Positions 13,650 to 27,350 of a stretch of 64,000 bases of DNA are shown here, piece by piece. The stretch's first letter is position 1. Each line of letters opens with the position of its first letter. Location: positions 45,654,229 to 45,718,228 of the forward strand of contig NC_057728.1 of NCBI RefSeq assembly GCF_004010195.1. Direction: 5' to 3'. A program made the position numbers and the translations under genes. The notes under the pieces were generated by a model. It was given only the letters and a program-made list of their open reading frames with translations. It ran no database searches and was not told the origin of the DNA. Origin of the DNA: Chiloscyllium plagiosum. Taxonomy: Eukaryota.

Positions 13650-15000
13650 TTAAGATATAGAAGTCACTGAAAAGCACTAATTTCCCATCCTTAGTTGTCC
13701 ATGAGAAGGTAGTGATGATCCACTTTTTAGTCTCACAGTTCCTGTGGTGAAGATACACCCTTCATGAGTTAGGGAGATAGTTTTAGGATTTTGATACAAT
13801 GATGATGAACGAACCACTATATATATATATATATATATACATACAAGTCAGGATGTTGGGGATCTTGGAGCTGTGAGTGGCTCCATGTGCCTTTTATGTA
13901 GTAGTTCTGTGGCTGGTTCCTTTTCTGGTCAATCATGACCCCTAGGTTATTTTACTAGTGAGGAAACTTTAGTGGTAAAGCCTGTTTCAGGAGAAGGTGA
14001 TTAGATTTTCCCTTTATGAGGATGGTCATTGTTTGGCACTTGTGTAGCACAAATATTACTCGCCATTTTTCATCCAAACAGAATGCTGGCCAGAATTTAC
14101 TTAAATCTGGCATAGATTTCTTCTGAGGAATAGTGAAAATTTAAGAATTCCATAATTACCACATCATCCCAGGGGTCACCATTTGGTAATAAAAATCCCG
14201 GTTCCTGATATGACTTAATGTCAAGAGTGTGGTGCTGGAAAAGCACAGCAGGTCAGGCAGCATCCGAGGAGCAGGAGAATCGACGTTTCAGGCAAAAGCC
14301 CTGACATGACTTAATAAAAGTCATTAATGTAGCTGATGATCGTTTGGTCTATGACACTACCCCAAGGAACCTTGAACAATGGCTTAGATCTGAGTTGATT
14401 GGCCTCCAGTAGGCACAACTATCTTCCTTTGTGCTTGAGATGATTCCAATTCCCAGTGTAATCAATTTTGTTTTGATGTCTCAATCCCATAATCTGTTAA
14501 ATATTGGTTTGCTGTTAAGGGCAGTCACTCAGAACCAAAGCTTTGCATTGTTTAACATGTTATGTAACAATTGACAACATCTTCCATCATTTTGCTGATG
14601 ATTGAGGTAGTTTGGGGCAGCAATTGTCCAAATTGAATTTGTGCTGCTTTTCGTAGACAAGATTTACTGGGCAATTTTTCACCTTCTCTACATGGAGCAA
14701 CTGAAAACACTCAGCAAAGGGTGTGGCCTTTTCTGGAGAACAAGTGTTTCACACCTCAATCAAGATATTTTTGGTAGATATCCCCTTTTCAATAACCAGT
14801 GCACCTAGCCATTTTGTTGCTGTCTCTTCAAATAAATTGAACTGGCTGCAAGCTGACTTCAACGTGAGAGGACGAATGATCCATTTAAAACTTCCAGCTG
14901 AGAATAATTACAAATGCTTGAGCCTTGTCTTTTGTACTGATGTGCTGAACATCCCAATCATTGAGGATGGGAATGTTCACAGAGTCTTTTCCTCGTTTTA
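13650..15000 (-). mobile_element. Old LINE fragments (same family as 19210-20490)
   Basis: Patchy similarity to 19210-20490 (gagaaggtagtg, ggattttga, gatggtcattg blocks). Confidence 0.45.
14220..14299 (-). mobile_element. HHR family A single arm, truncated inside stem II
   Basis: Family A sequence with 16-bp TSD cctgaYatgacttaat at 14204-14219 and 14300-14315. Confidence 0.8.
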
Positions 15001-15041
15001 ATTGTAGCCATAGCAGGCTCACAGAGTTTTGTCCTGATTAC

Positions 15042-15582
15042 AGAGAGGTGATGGCCTCATGGTATTGTCACAAGATGTGTAATACAAAGACCCAGGTAAT
15101 GTTCTGGAGATCTGAGTACTAATGCCACCATGGTAGATGGTGGAATTTGAATTTAATATAAGTCTGGAATTGTGAGGCTAATGATAGCAATGAAACTGTT
15201 GTTGATTGTCAGAGAAACCTATTTGGTTCACTAATGTTCTTTAAGGAAGAAAATTGCTGTCTGTCCTGAAGAAGGATCACTGGACCTGAAATGTTAACTC
15301 TGCTTTCTCTGCATAATGTTGTCAGACTTGCTGAGTTTCTCCAGCTATCTCTGTTTTTAATGTCCTTTCCTGGTCTGACCTATGCAATGTTGATTGTCAA
15401 TTGTCCTCTGTGCATTCCTGATGAAGGGCTTATGCCCGAAACGTCGACTCTCCTGTTCCTCGGATGCTGCCTGACCTGCTGTGCTTTTCCAGCACCATAC
15501 TTTTGGATTCTGTGCAATAGGGGATGGGTAATAAATGCTGGCCTGGCCAGTGATGCCCACATCCTGTGAATGAATAAATAAA
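15042..15582 (+). mobile_element. SacSINE1/DeuSINE-like SINE carrying two nested HHR-PLE ends
   Basis: SINE head gtgatggcctcatggt, core and 3' end, interrupted at about 15265-15357 (family D-like) and 15415-15508 (family A; TSD tctgtgca at 15407-15414 and 15509-15516). Confidence 0.7.
15418..15445 (+). ncRNA. Hammerhead motif, family A
   Basis: CTGATGA-A-GGGC-TTAT-GCCC-GAAAC-GTC intact. Confidence 0.75.
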
Positions 15583-16685
15583 AAACATCAGCTGCATGAA
15601 CACTTCACTCTGACAACGTGCTGCTTATGTTCCTTACTGTATTAAGCTATTGTGCTGTAGTTTCATATCCTGAGATCCACACTCAATGCCATGTGCTGCG
15701 ACATATCAAACAGTCAACCTTGGTCTCTAGAAGTACAAACTTAACCCCAAAGCTTTCCCTTGTTCCCAGTTTGACTTTGCCCTTCACCTCACTTGACATA
15801 TTAACCAAAAGAAATTAATCAGGTGTTACAGAATGTAAGCACTTATTTCATAATGCTGAAGAAGAGTTGTACACAACTTGAAATGCTGACTCTGTGTGAA
15901 AACATATTGTCTATGTTGCTCATACCTGTGGCAAACACTCTTGAGAAGTCCAGCGAGACCTATCTTAACATCGATAGCAACTTGATGCATCTTTTATGTA
16001 TTTGTCAAGTGACGAGGTGAGTCTCCTGCCAGGCAGTGGTTGGTTGAAATTGAGGGGGATTGTAGCTTGTTAAATAATTCAGTAATGCTGCAGTTTGCCT
16101 CATTAATGTTCACACCAAACAAGCTAGACATTGAGAATTCTCGACATGTGTGTGTATCAGGGAACTTCACTTTACCACTTGCTCCAAAAGACCTCCATGT
16201 GGTGCAATGATTTCCTTTAATCCACAGTATGTGTTACCTTCTCAAGGAACACCAATAGATTGGTCAAATATAATTTCCTTTCACAAAAACATCTTAACTG
16301 TGCCTGATCGCCCTGCATTTATTCAAGTGCCCTGGTATAATTCTTTAATAACAGGTTTGAAAAACATCAACACTAACTTACTTAACTCTTTTCTTCTTAA
16401 AGAAAAGTCATATCTTTGAATATCTGGTCATATGCTTCTGACTAGCATATTATGTCCAATCTTCTGACCTGCCAACTATCATTGTACAGTTATATTTTTT
16501 CTTTGAGTTTGATACTATCATTAATATTTCAGTGGATGTTAGGTCCAACACTTGGAATTTTATTTACTCATTGGAATTTATCTATTCTGTATATTCTGAG
16601 GTATACCCTGAAATATCCACACTGTATCTTTATTAACCTATTCTTTATTCTAATTTGCAAGTCCATTTTAGTCACCTCTGCTTTT

Positions 16686-16955
16686 AGGGCAGCATGATGG
16701 CACATTGGTTAACACTGCTGCCTCACGGTGCCAGCAATCTGAGTTTGAATCTTTGCTGACTGTGTGGAGTTTGTACATTCTCCCCGTGTCTGTGTGGGTT
16801 TCCACTGGATGATTCCGTTTCCTCTCAGTTAAAAATAGTGTGCAGGTTGGGTGGATTGGCCATGTTAAAATGTCCTGTAGTGTGCAGGGATGTGTAGGCT
16901 AAGTGGATTAGCCATGGTGAATGTGGGGTTATGGGGATAGGCTGGAGTGGGTGAA
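16686..16955 (+). mobile_element. HE1 SINE, 3'-truncated
   Basis: HE1 head and V-domain core. Confidence 0.8.
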
Positions 16956-17264
16956 TGGTCCAATCTGCTCAAGAAACTCACAGTCCACCTTCCCGAATTC
17001 TGTACCCATATCATCTTCCTCCCTGAGTGAAGACAGATGTGAAGTATTCATTTAACGCTCTACCAATATCCGCTGGCTCCACATAGGCATTTTCACACAT
17101 GATCCCTAATGGGCCCTATTCTTTCCCTTGATATACTAGTAAAATATCATGGGATTATCCCTAATCTTGCCTTCAACTGTTTTTCATGCTTTCTCTTTGT
17201 TCCCCAACTTCCTTTATTAATGCCCCCTGTACATTCTATACCCCAATTCTTTTGTTCTCATCAT

Positions 17265-17847
17265 CGTAGAGTCGTAGAGTCATAGACATGTATAGATGGA
17301 AACAGACCCTTCGGTCCAACTCGTCCATACTGACCAGATATCCCAACCCAATCTAATCCCACTTGCTAGCACCCATCTATACCCCTCCAAACCCCTCCTT
17401 TCATATACCCATCCAGATGCCTTTTAAATGTTGCAATTGTACTAGCCTCCACCACTTCCTCTGGCAGCTCATTGCATACACGTATCACCCTATGTGAGAA
17501 AAAGTTGCCCCTTAGGGTCTCTTTTATACCTTTCCCCTCTCACCCTAAACCTATGTCCTCTGGTTCTGGACTCCCCCATCCCAGGGAAAAGACTTTGTCT
17601 ATTTATCCTATCCATGCCCCTCAAGATTTTGTAAACCTCTATAAGGTCACCTCTAAGCCTCCGACTCTCCAGGAAAACAGCCCCAGCCTGTTCAGCCTCT
17701 CCCTATCGCTCAAATCCTACAACCCTGGCAACATCCTTGAAAATCTTTTCTGAACCGTAACAAGTTTCACAACATCTTTCTGATAGGAAGGAAACCAGAA
17801 TTGCACACAATATTCCAACAGTGGCCTAACCAATGTCCTGTACAGCC
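17265..17847 (-). mobile_element. CR1/HER1 LINE 3' fragment
   Basis: Reverse complement of the 8389-9073 family, with a (tagagtcg)n tail at 17265-17285. Confidence 0.88.
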
Positions 17848-18013
17848 AGAATTCTACTGATGACTAAGGGTGTAGCCAAGCAGGTTGAGTTTCAACCTGT
17901 AAATCCATCCAGGATGGAGGGGGACATGAGTGAGGGAGTTGGCGATTCCTGGTTGGCCATGTAACTGAAGCAAATTGAAACCGCGACCATCACAATCCCC
18001 AACTCCAGGTAAG

Positions 18014-18173
18014 AGCATGCATATACAGGTACATATATTCACAGCAGCATGCATGTGCAAGTACATACATTCACAGCAGCATGCATGTATAAATATATAT
18101 ATTCACAGCAGCATGCATGTACAAGTACATATTATCACAGGAGCATGCATGTACGAGTACATATATTCACAGC
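18014..18173. repeat. Minisatellite, 5 x 32 bp
   Basis: Unit agcatgcatgtacaagtacatatattcacagc repeated five times with substitutions. Confidence 0.9.
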
Positions 18174-19209
18174 ACTAATTCTCTTTATTTTGCAGGATCG
18201 TTGCTCACTGTATTATTATTTCCCTTTTTCAATACTTGAATAAATGCTTACTGTCTGTTTTTATATTTCTAGCTCGCTTTCTCCTGCTTTTGTTTGGAAG
18301 AATTATTCTCTTCTGGCTTTTAAATTCTGTCCAATCTTCTCACCTACTCTAATCTTTGCTAAGTACAACCTGTTTAATTTAAATTGTTCTGATCTTAACT
18401 ACGTTAATTAACCACACATATGGTACATCATTTTCTTCTAATCTTTTTTTCTCATTGAAATGTATCCTTGCTGAGCATTATGAAATATCTCCTTGAATGT
18501 CTATTATTGCATTGCTCCTGACCTTAACCTTATCTGAATTTCCCAGTTGACTTTAGCCAGATCTTCCCTAAAACCATTGTAATGGGCTTTTTAAAGTTCA
18601 AAATACTAACTTTAGACACACATTTCCCAAGCTGCATACAATATTCAATTATCTTATGATCACTGTTACCTGACATCCATACTATGAGGTCTTTGTTTAA
18701 GCCTGCCACAATGCATGCTACCAGGTTGAAAATAGTCCACTTCTGATTTTCTCTGGATTGTGCTGATGTGTTGCAAGAACTTTTCCCAAAAACAATCAAT
18801 GAACTGGTCTGCTGGACATATTGTGCTGATCTTATCTATCCCACCTACGTCTATATTAAACTTTCCCCATGACTATTGCCCATCTTTCTGAAAAATTTAT
18901 CATTTCTCATATATATAATTTTACAATATAGCTAGTTAAGAGGCCAATTAATTACGCCCACAAGTGACTTCTTATCATTGTTATTTCTTATCTCGGCCCA
19001 AATTGATTTTATATCTTATTCTTTAGAAACAACAGCCATCTCACTCATCTCTCTCATTGTTTTAAGCTTCACTCTATTCATCAGTCTCAATCTAGTTTTT
19101 CACTGTCTGAAATGCTGCTCCACAGTTTTGGTCTGTTCCCTCTGTTTTATATCTAGATCAGATTATACAATAACTTGACATAAAAAGATGACAAAAATAT
19201 TTTTAAAAT

Positions 19210-20490
19210 TTTCATTATTTACTCATGAGATGAGTGTCAATGACTAACATTTATTGACTAACTCCATCCCTAATTGCTGTTGAGAAGGCAGTGGTGAGCT
19301 GCCTTCTTGAACTGCTGCAGTCTACGTGCTGTAGATTGTCTCTCAATATTGTTGGGAGGCATTTCCAGGATTTTGACCCAGCGACAGCTAAGTTACGGTG
19401 ATACATTTCCAAGTCAGAATGATGAGTGACTTGAAAGGGCACTTGCAGGTCATGGTGTTCCCATGTATCTGCTTTTCTTGTCCTTCTATACCATGTCCTT
19501 ATTTTGGTCATCTGATTGGAAGGTGCTGTCTAAGGAGTTGGTGAATTGCTGCTGTGTGTCTTGTAGATAGCACACTGCTGCTACTGAATATTAGTGGTGA
19601 AGAGAATGAATGCTTGTGGATGTCATGTCAATCAAGCAGGCTGCTTTGTCCTGTGTGGTGTTAATTTTCTTGAATATTGCTGGAGCTGCATGCATCCAGA
19701 CAAGTGAAGAGTATTCCATCACACTCCTGACTTGTGCCTAGCAGATGGTGGATAGTTTTTATGGAGTCAGAAGGTGAGTTATTCACTGCAGTATTCCTAG
19801 TCTCTGACCTGTGTGTTTATATAGCAAGTCCAGTTGAGTTTCTGATCAATGATAACCCTCAGAATGTTGATAGTGAGGGCTTCAATGATAGTAACAACAT
19901 TGAATGTCAAAGATGGTAGTTTGATTGTCTGTTATTGACCATGTTACTGCCTTGCCTATGTGTGGCATGATTGTTACTTGTTGCTCATCAGCCTCAGCCT
20001 GGAAATTGTCCAGATCTCATTGCATTCAGTATCTGAGGATTACCGAATGGTGCTGAACATCATACAATCATCAACGAACATCCCTACTTCTGACTAAATC
20101 TACATCCTTGCCCGTGTTTAACCTGAAGCCATGACACTTCATGGGGTCTAGAGTCAATGTTGAGGACTCGCAGGGCAACCCTCTCCCTACTATACCACTG
20201 TGCCACCACCTCTGCAGGCTCTGTCCTGCTACTGGAACAGGACATATCCAGGGATGGTGATGTCTGGGACCTAGTCAGGCTCACGGACAATGTCAGGCTG
20301 TTACTTGACTAAACTGTGAGACAGATCTCCCAATTTTGGTAGAAGCCCCAGATATTGGTGAGAAGAATTTGCAGGATTGACAGGGCTCTTTCTGATGTTG
20401 TTGTTTCCGGGACCTAGGTCGATGCCAGGTGGCTCATTCAGTTTCATTTCTTTGTTGAAAGTTCATAGCAGATGATCCAACTGAATCGCT
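19210..20490 (-). mobile_element. Degenerate non-LTR retrotransposon (CR1/L2-group), 3' part
   Basis: Minus translation includes AGSKSWKCLP (WNxLP-type C-terminal motif). Its 3' end matches the SacSINE1-like 3' end. A related fragment lies at 4995-5225. Confidence 0.6.
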
Positions 20491-22299
20491 AGCTACGTCA
20501 TTTCAGTAGGCTATTGAGAGTCGACCTGATTGCTGTCATTCTGGAGTCACATGTAGGTCAGACCAGGTAAGGATGGCAGATTTCCTTCCCTGGTCCTTTC
20601 CTGTACATCCAAGACTTTCTTTGAATTGAAACTCAAGTTCAGGAGAAGAAAGTGGGAGAGTTGGGGAAGGGTCATTGGCAGGAGGATGATTTTGGAAATG
20701 GTGAGTTTGAACACCAGAGGGGTTGGCAGCAAGGGGCTGGGTTAGGGAGTGGGAGGAGAGACTGCATTAGGGAGTAGAAAAGACTGTTCTGAAATGGCAC
20801 TGAACAGGTCATGTAACTCTACATCACACTGGTTAAAAGAATACTTGTGTACCAAATGAAAATACAGGCCCCATTAACTAAGTGCCATTAAAGCAGAACA
20901 GCATAAAGTGTGGCAACATTAACTGGGGACTGCATAAAAATCATTTCCCAATGGTCACAGGTAAGGTTGTTCAAGGTTGGGCTTATTTTTCTCACCACCT
21001 AAGACTGAAAAACATAAATAATATCTGACAAAACCATTGAGAAGGCAAATCTGCATGGACAGAAACTCCTGCTTATTAAATGCAGCAATATTCAGTTTAT
21101 TTATTATTAAATCAGCACAATTGAAACCAGGAAACAAAGAACTTTGAAGTTCAGATGACAGTGTGAATTTATAGATTTTGTAATCTGAACATTGCAGGCA
21201 AGGAAACAAAGCTGTTAAAGTTTCATAACAACACATAAATCAATCAAATATTGTTAGGAGTACACAAACATGTCAACGTGCTAACCTTGCATTTAAATGG
21301 TCAGTAGCAATCTGAAATGATCAAAGACGGAGACCTCGTAGTTTCAACATAAATTACACACCCTGTGATAAGGATTTAGGTAACTGGGTTACTCCAAAGT
21401 CGTAAGTCAATGTCCACTAAATATAAATGGTGAACAAGATGAGGTTCAATAAAAGTATTCTTAACTAGCTGTGTATTAGTGTGTAAAAGAAACCATTCAA
21501 ACCCATACTACACAGCATAAACAAATTCCATTATTATCATGCCTTGTATTTGTGGACTTGATAAATTAATACTTAAAGAAGGAGTTCAAAGAATGTTTTG
21601 CATGAGTTCTACACCTCAAGTAGAAATCTTCTGTATTTCAGTTCAACAGTAAAAAAAACAGATGTAATAGGGAAATTCTGTTCCATATTTGAATTCAATG
21701 ATCCCAATGCTCAAGCAAGGTTGGGGGTGGAGGGAGAGGGGGCTGGGGGTGGTGGGTGGGTTGGTGTGGGGAGTGGGGATTAAATGCATGAAACTAAGGA
21801 AGAAAATTTTGGCAAGTTGGTCCTTCCAGATTGTGTGTCTTGAAACCATGATGAGGATATGATACACATAAACAGATCACAAATGTGTGATGTCAATTAT
21901 TTAAAAGGCCAGTGCCAAAATGAAAATAGAGGAGTTAAGTGTTGTATAAATTAATCATTCTGAAGGGGTTAACGTTCATGTTGTATAGACTCCACCCACT
22001 CTACTGATGTCTCGCTCAATTTTTGAGAATAGGTAAGGAGTTCTACTTTAAATTTTGGAAGGAGCAACTGTATTTGTATCTACCCTAAGATTCTAGTTAT
22101 TATACCTAACCAAATGTAGTCAGACTTATTGTTATCCAGCAACAAACCTGCCTGTCAATCAATAACACTGCCTTATCTGTAGTTGTACTCTGGTATATCC
22201 TGACCGCTAACCACCTGATAGGCCCAAAAATACCAGTTGGCAGCAATACAAGTCTGATTCCCACCACACAGAGAAGGAATCTCGAAGAATAACAAGAAA

Positions 22300-25200
22300 A
22301 AATTCAAATAGGTGAATTTAGTATTTTAAAAAGACATAGTCTGTTTGCAGTTGAAACGTGATTTCCAACAGAGAGAGCCAGTAGCACTCGTGAGAACAGC
22401 AAAAAAGCAAGTTCAATTTTTACAATCCAAAAGTCAAAATTTCATACAGGAGTTGATAACAAGTGCGAGGACAAGCATACATTTTTGAAAGAGAGAGAAA
22501 AATCTGCCATGCTTTTAAATAAACAGACTTTAGGAAAAGAGGTTCTGGAAGTAGTGAACGCTCCAAGATGTAAAGTTAGAAATCCACAAGGGGAAAGAGA
22601 ATTAATATATGAAAAGAAACAGCGGAAAACCAGAAATGGAAGGCAAGGGAGTGTCGAACAGAATTCACATCCTTCCCAAGGAGCACTGTCACCATTATAC
22701 TCCATGAGGTGCAGCTAGAAGGAACAGTGGAAGGGCCAGAAAAGAGATGAAGACCAGGGCTACAGTATAGGGAATACCTTAGAATCCATTTAAGCTGAAA
22801 ATGAAAACTGAAGTAATAAAATTAAAGAAATCTAGCAAAGCACTCTCAGAACAAGAGTCAGAGGAAAATATTTAAAAGGTGTCAAATTTGATTAATAAGC
22901 CATGATTTTAATGGGTTGGCTTATAAAGAGGCAGCCAGAGAATTACTTTTAAAAATTTGTGCAGATAAAATGTTTGGTTTTCAACAGTGAAAGGCAGGAA
23001 AATGTACATTGTACTCAGGAAGAGGTGAGAACATTCCATCTTGGCTGTCGAAGGCAGGGAATGCTATCAAAAGTAGGTAGCCAGCATTTTGATTGTTATA
23101 AAGGCAGAAAAACCCTGAGAATAAGGGAAAACAGAGTAACAAGTAGAAATAAGTAGTAATACAAAGGAACAGAGTGAAAAAGACTAAATGCTTGAATGCA
23201 CAACAGCCTGTCATATTCTTTGAAGAGTTCAACACAGTTTTACAGAAAGAGTTAAAAAGACTGACAAATTAAAGGAATTGTTGAAACATTCAATGTTCCT
23301 GTTAAGTTTCACAGCCATCCGGCAGCTCGGAGGGTCTTTACTTACTGGTTGGCATGCAGATGCATAGAGTTCTGATCTCGGAAGTTGCTGCTGTGGCAAC
23401 AGTGGGAAAAAATAAGAGTGAACATAGACAACATTGTTGTGGTAGGATTCCAGAAAACTGTGCAATCATTCAACTTCAAACATAATTGGTGGACACAAGA
23501 ATGGGTTTAAAAGAACCGCAGATAAAACAAGTTCAACTTCAGCATCCATGAGAATCCTTAAACAATTTCATTTATGACAGTTTATTGATCAGTGGAGACT
23601 GAATATTGAGCTTTTAAATCAAAATTCATAAGGGCAGAATTGTTGCTAAATTCTTGATGGAACTTTGGTAGATTTCTCTGGAGAAAGCTTTTCAAATTAT
23701 GCTGGAAGCAGAAATTAGAAAGACAGATCCAGAGAGTAAACAACAATACCCATGTCAAAAGGGCAACAGAGTCTACTCATTTTATGAAGCATGGGCCCTC
23801 TAATTATATATGTGACAAGCCTACAGAGAGAACAAACCAAATGCTTAACGCAAAATGTCAGCATCAGTACAGGACAACAAGGGGTCAGAATCATCGAGGG
23901 GTCCAGACATCACCAAGGAAAAGAATGCATGAATTTGTGCTTACAGAAAATGCACAAAAGTAAGACACCGCTTTAGAACTGTGGAAGTATTGACAGTGAG
24001 TCATGCAGAGATATACAGAAGATGCCCAAGGCATTCCTAAGGGAACTAACTAATTCAGATAAGCCAGAAAAGAGACAACTTATATTCTCAAGTAGACATC
24101 CTGTTGATTTTGTGGTTGATACAGAAGCAAGTATTCCTGATCTTCTATTGGTATATCAGGAATAAAAGAATAACTAGAAAAAGATTAGGGCCAATCAAGG
24201 ATAATGGTGGGAAGTTGTGCATGGAGTCAGAGGAGATAGGGGAAGTGCTAAATGAATATGTTTTGTCAGAATTCACACTAGAAAAAGATAATGTTGGAAA
24301 GGAGAATACAGAGATATAGGCTACAGGACTACATGAATTTGAGGTTCACAAGGAGGAGGTGGTAGAAATTCTGGAAAATATAAAAATAGTTAAGACCCCT
24401 GGGCCAGATGGGATTTATCCCAGGATTCTCTGGTATCCCAGGGAGGAAATTGCAGAGCTTTTGGCTTTTATCTTTATGTCATCATTGTCTACAGGAATAG
24501 TGCCAGAAGACAGGAGGATAGCAAATGTTATTCCCTTGTTCAAGAAGGGGAGTAGAGACAACCCTGGTAATTATAGACCAGTGAGCCTTACTTCAGTTGT
24601 GGGTAAAGTGTTGGAAAAGGTTATAAGCGATAAGAGATCTATCTTTATAATCATCTGGGAAAGAATAAGTTGATTAGGGATAGTTAACATGGTTTTGTGA
24701 AGGGTAGGTCATGCCTCACAAACCTTATTGAGTTCTTTGAGAAGGTGACCAAACAGGTGGATGAGGGTTAAAGTGGTTGATGTGGTGTATATGGATTTCA
24801 GTAAGGCATTTGATAAAGTTTCCCATGGTAGGTTATTGCACAAAATGTGGAGGCATAGGATTGAGGAGGATTTAGTGGTTTGGATCAGAAATTGGCTAGC
24901 TGAAAGATAGAGGATGGTGATTGATGGGAAATGTTCATCTGGAGTTCAGTTACTAGTGGTGTACTGCAAGGATCTGTTTTGGGTCCACTGCTGTTTGTCA
25001 TTTTTATAAACGACCTGGATGAAAGCGTAGAAGGATGGGTTGGTAAATTTGTGGATTTCAGTAAGGTCGATAGAATTGTGAATAGTGCTGAAGGATATTG
25101 TAGGTTAAAGAGGGACATAGATAAGCTGCAGAGCTGAACTGAGAGGTGGCAAATGGAGTTTAATGTGGTAAAGTGTGAGGTGATTCACTTTGGAAGGAGT

Positions 25201-26400
25201 AACAGGAATGCAGACTATTGGGCTAACGATATGATTCTTGGTAGTGTAGATGAACAGAGGTATTGTGGTGTCCATGTAATAGATCCCTGAAAGTTGCCAC
25301 GTAGGTTGATAGGGTTGTTAAGAAGGCATATGGTGTGTTAGTTTTAATTAGTAGAGGGATTGAGTTTCAAAGCCATGAGGTCATGTTACAGCTGTACAAA
25401 ACTTTGGTGTGGCTGCACTTGGCGTATTACGTACAGTTCTGGTTACTGCATTATAGGAAGGATGTGGAAGCTTTGGAAAGGGTTCAGAGGAGATTTACTG
25501 GGATGTTGCCTGGTATGCAGAGATGGTCATACAAGGAAAAGCTGAGGGACTTGAGACTGTTTTCATTGGAGAGAAGAAGTTTGAGAGGTGACTTAATTGA
25601 GACATAAAAGATAAGGGTTAGATAGGGTGGGCAGTGAGAGCCTTTTTCCTCGGATGGTGATGGCTAGCATGAGGGGACAGAGTATTAAATTGAGGGGTGA
25701 TTGGTATAGGACAGATATCAGAGGTAGTTTCTTTACTCAGAGAATAGCAGGGGCGTGAAATGCACTGCCTGCAGCAGTAGTAGACTCTCCACCTTTCAGG
25801 GAATTTAAATGGTCATTGGATAGACACATGGACGAAATTGAAATAGTGTAGGCTAGATGGGTTTCAGATTGTTTTCAAGGGTCAGCACAACATCGAGGGC
25901 CGAAGGGCCAGTACTGTGCTTTCATGTTCTATGTTCTATGTTCAAGTGTCAGTGTCCTATTATACCAGATACCATGGCCGAAGAAGCAGAAGCTGCAGTT
26001 TGCAAAAAGGCAACTACATGACACAGATTGGATAACTGTCAGAATCAAAGGAATATCATAAGTTACACCACTATAGGAAACATATGAGGGTTGAAAAATT
26101 GGATGTTTCTTTAGTCAAACAATTTCACTTTATAACGTGCATGTGTGTCTCATCCTCAACTTCATCAAAACAGTTAGACAAGATTTAGAACCTCTTAGAG
26201 AACAACTTAACCACTGTACAAATAATGGTCCAGGCACAAAACACCAATCAGGAGGGAACAAGTAAAAAACTTCTTTGGGCTTCCCAGATTTGTGGTGGAA
26301 CCCAAACAGCAGAAAGAATCAAATGAAATCCTTGTCACTGGAAATCTGTCCACTATTGTCAACATAAAGGAAGTTACATATTGCAAAGAACTGGTGGGAA
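22300..26400 (+). mobile_element. Highly decayed Gypsy-like internal region, interrupted by a CR1
   Basis: Purine-rich tract. Manual translation gives NIDNIVVVG (about 23420, RT-like), GIPK.ELTNSD (about 24030) and SVSYYTRYHG..EAEAAVCK (about 25950-26005, integrase-like). Boundaries uncertain. Confidence 0.4.
24143..25942 (+). mobile_element. CR1/HER1 LINE, 5'-truncated, RT pseudogene
   Basis: PGPDGIYPRIL, NYRPVSLTSVVGK, VTSGVLQGSVLGPLLFVIFINDL and LRGDLIE motifs, with a (ttctatg)n tail. Confidence 0.95.
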
Positions 26401-27188
26401 TGTTAAATTCACTGTCTCCTCAAAAATAACAATCAATGCCAGTGACAGAGATAGTGCTGAATTAATAGCAATCTTCCAGTAATAAGATTCAGAGTGTGAC
26501 AAAGTTTAATTCACCAGCCAAATAACTCACTGAGATAAATAATACCTTGGGAGCCAGACTAGCATCTACAGACATCGAATATGGTCAAGAAGAGGAAACA
26601 GATTGATGTAGCATACTGCTCAAAGAGACTACCTTTTTCATTTCAAAGCCAGTTACCTGACCTAGAAATCCAGGTTACTCCAAGGCAGAAAGTATTTATT
26701 TCAATAGACTAATTGTCTTCCAGGAAGGAGATTCAGAGATTAAGAGTCTTTCTGATAAGTTAATGGATGAACAACAATATCTACAAAAAACAACATCCTC
26801 TGTGAAGGACATCTGAGAAATTGGGGTGGTTGGAGGTGATAATCCGTCTATGCCTGATATCAGCCTAATGTACCTTCTCTGGACTGCCTCCAGAGCTGGG
26901 ACTTCTGTCCTTTCTCTACTCCAGTCTCTTCAAAATAAATGCCAATATTTCAATTACCTATTTGTGGAGGTAATTGAGTAAATTCACTATGGGTTGTTTG
27001 AAGTCTCACAATTGGTCTCTTCTCTGTATTAAGTTTCCGAGAAGTACTGTTGAAGTTTCTAAAAATATCATACGAATCAATAGTCCTATCATTGTATCTG
27101 ACATGTTGCTGGAAGCAAAAGCTCAGTTGCCTATATTTTTCACAATTTGCTGATAATTAATTCTTTGCATGTACATTATATGCTAACC

Positions 27189-27350
27189 GCCTGCTGGACA
27201 CACTTTCCTCATTCCTGAAGAAGGGCTTATGCCCGAAACGTCGATTCTCCTGTTCCTTGGATGCTGCCTGACCTGCTGCGCTTTTCCAGCAACACATTTT
27301 CAGCTCTGATTTCCAGCATCTGCAGTCCTCACTTTCTCCTCCTAACACAT
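27189..27350 (+). mobile_element. HHR family A arm with tail and intact core
   Basis: ctgaagaagggcttatgcccgaaacgtc. TSD attatatgcYaacc at 27175-27188 and 27351-27364. Confidence 0.85.
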
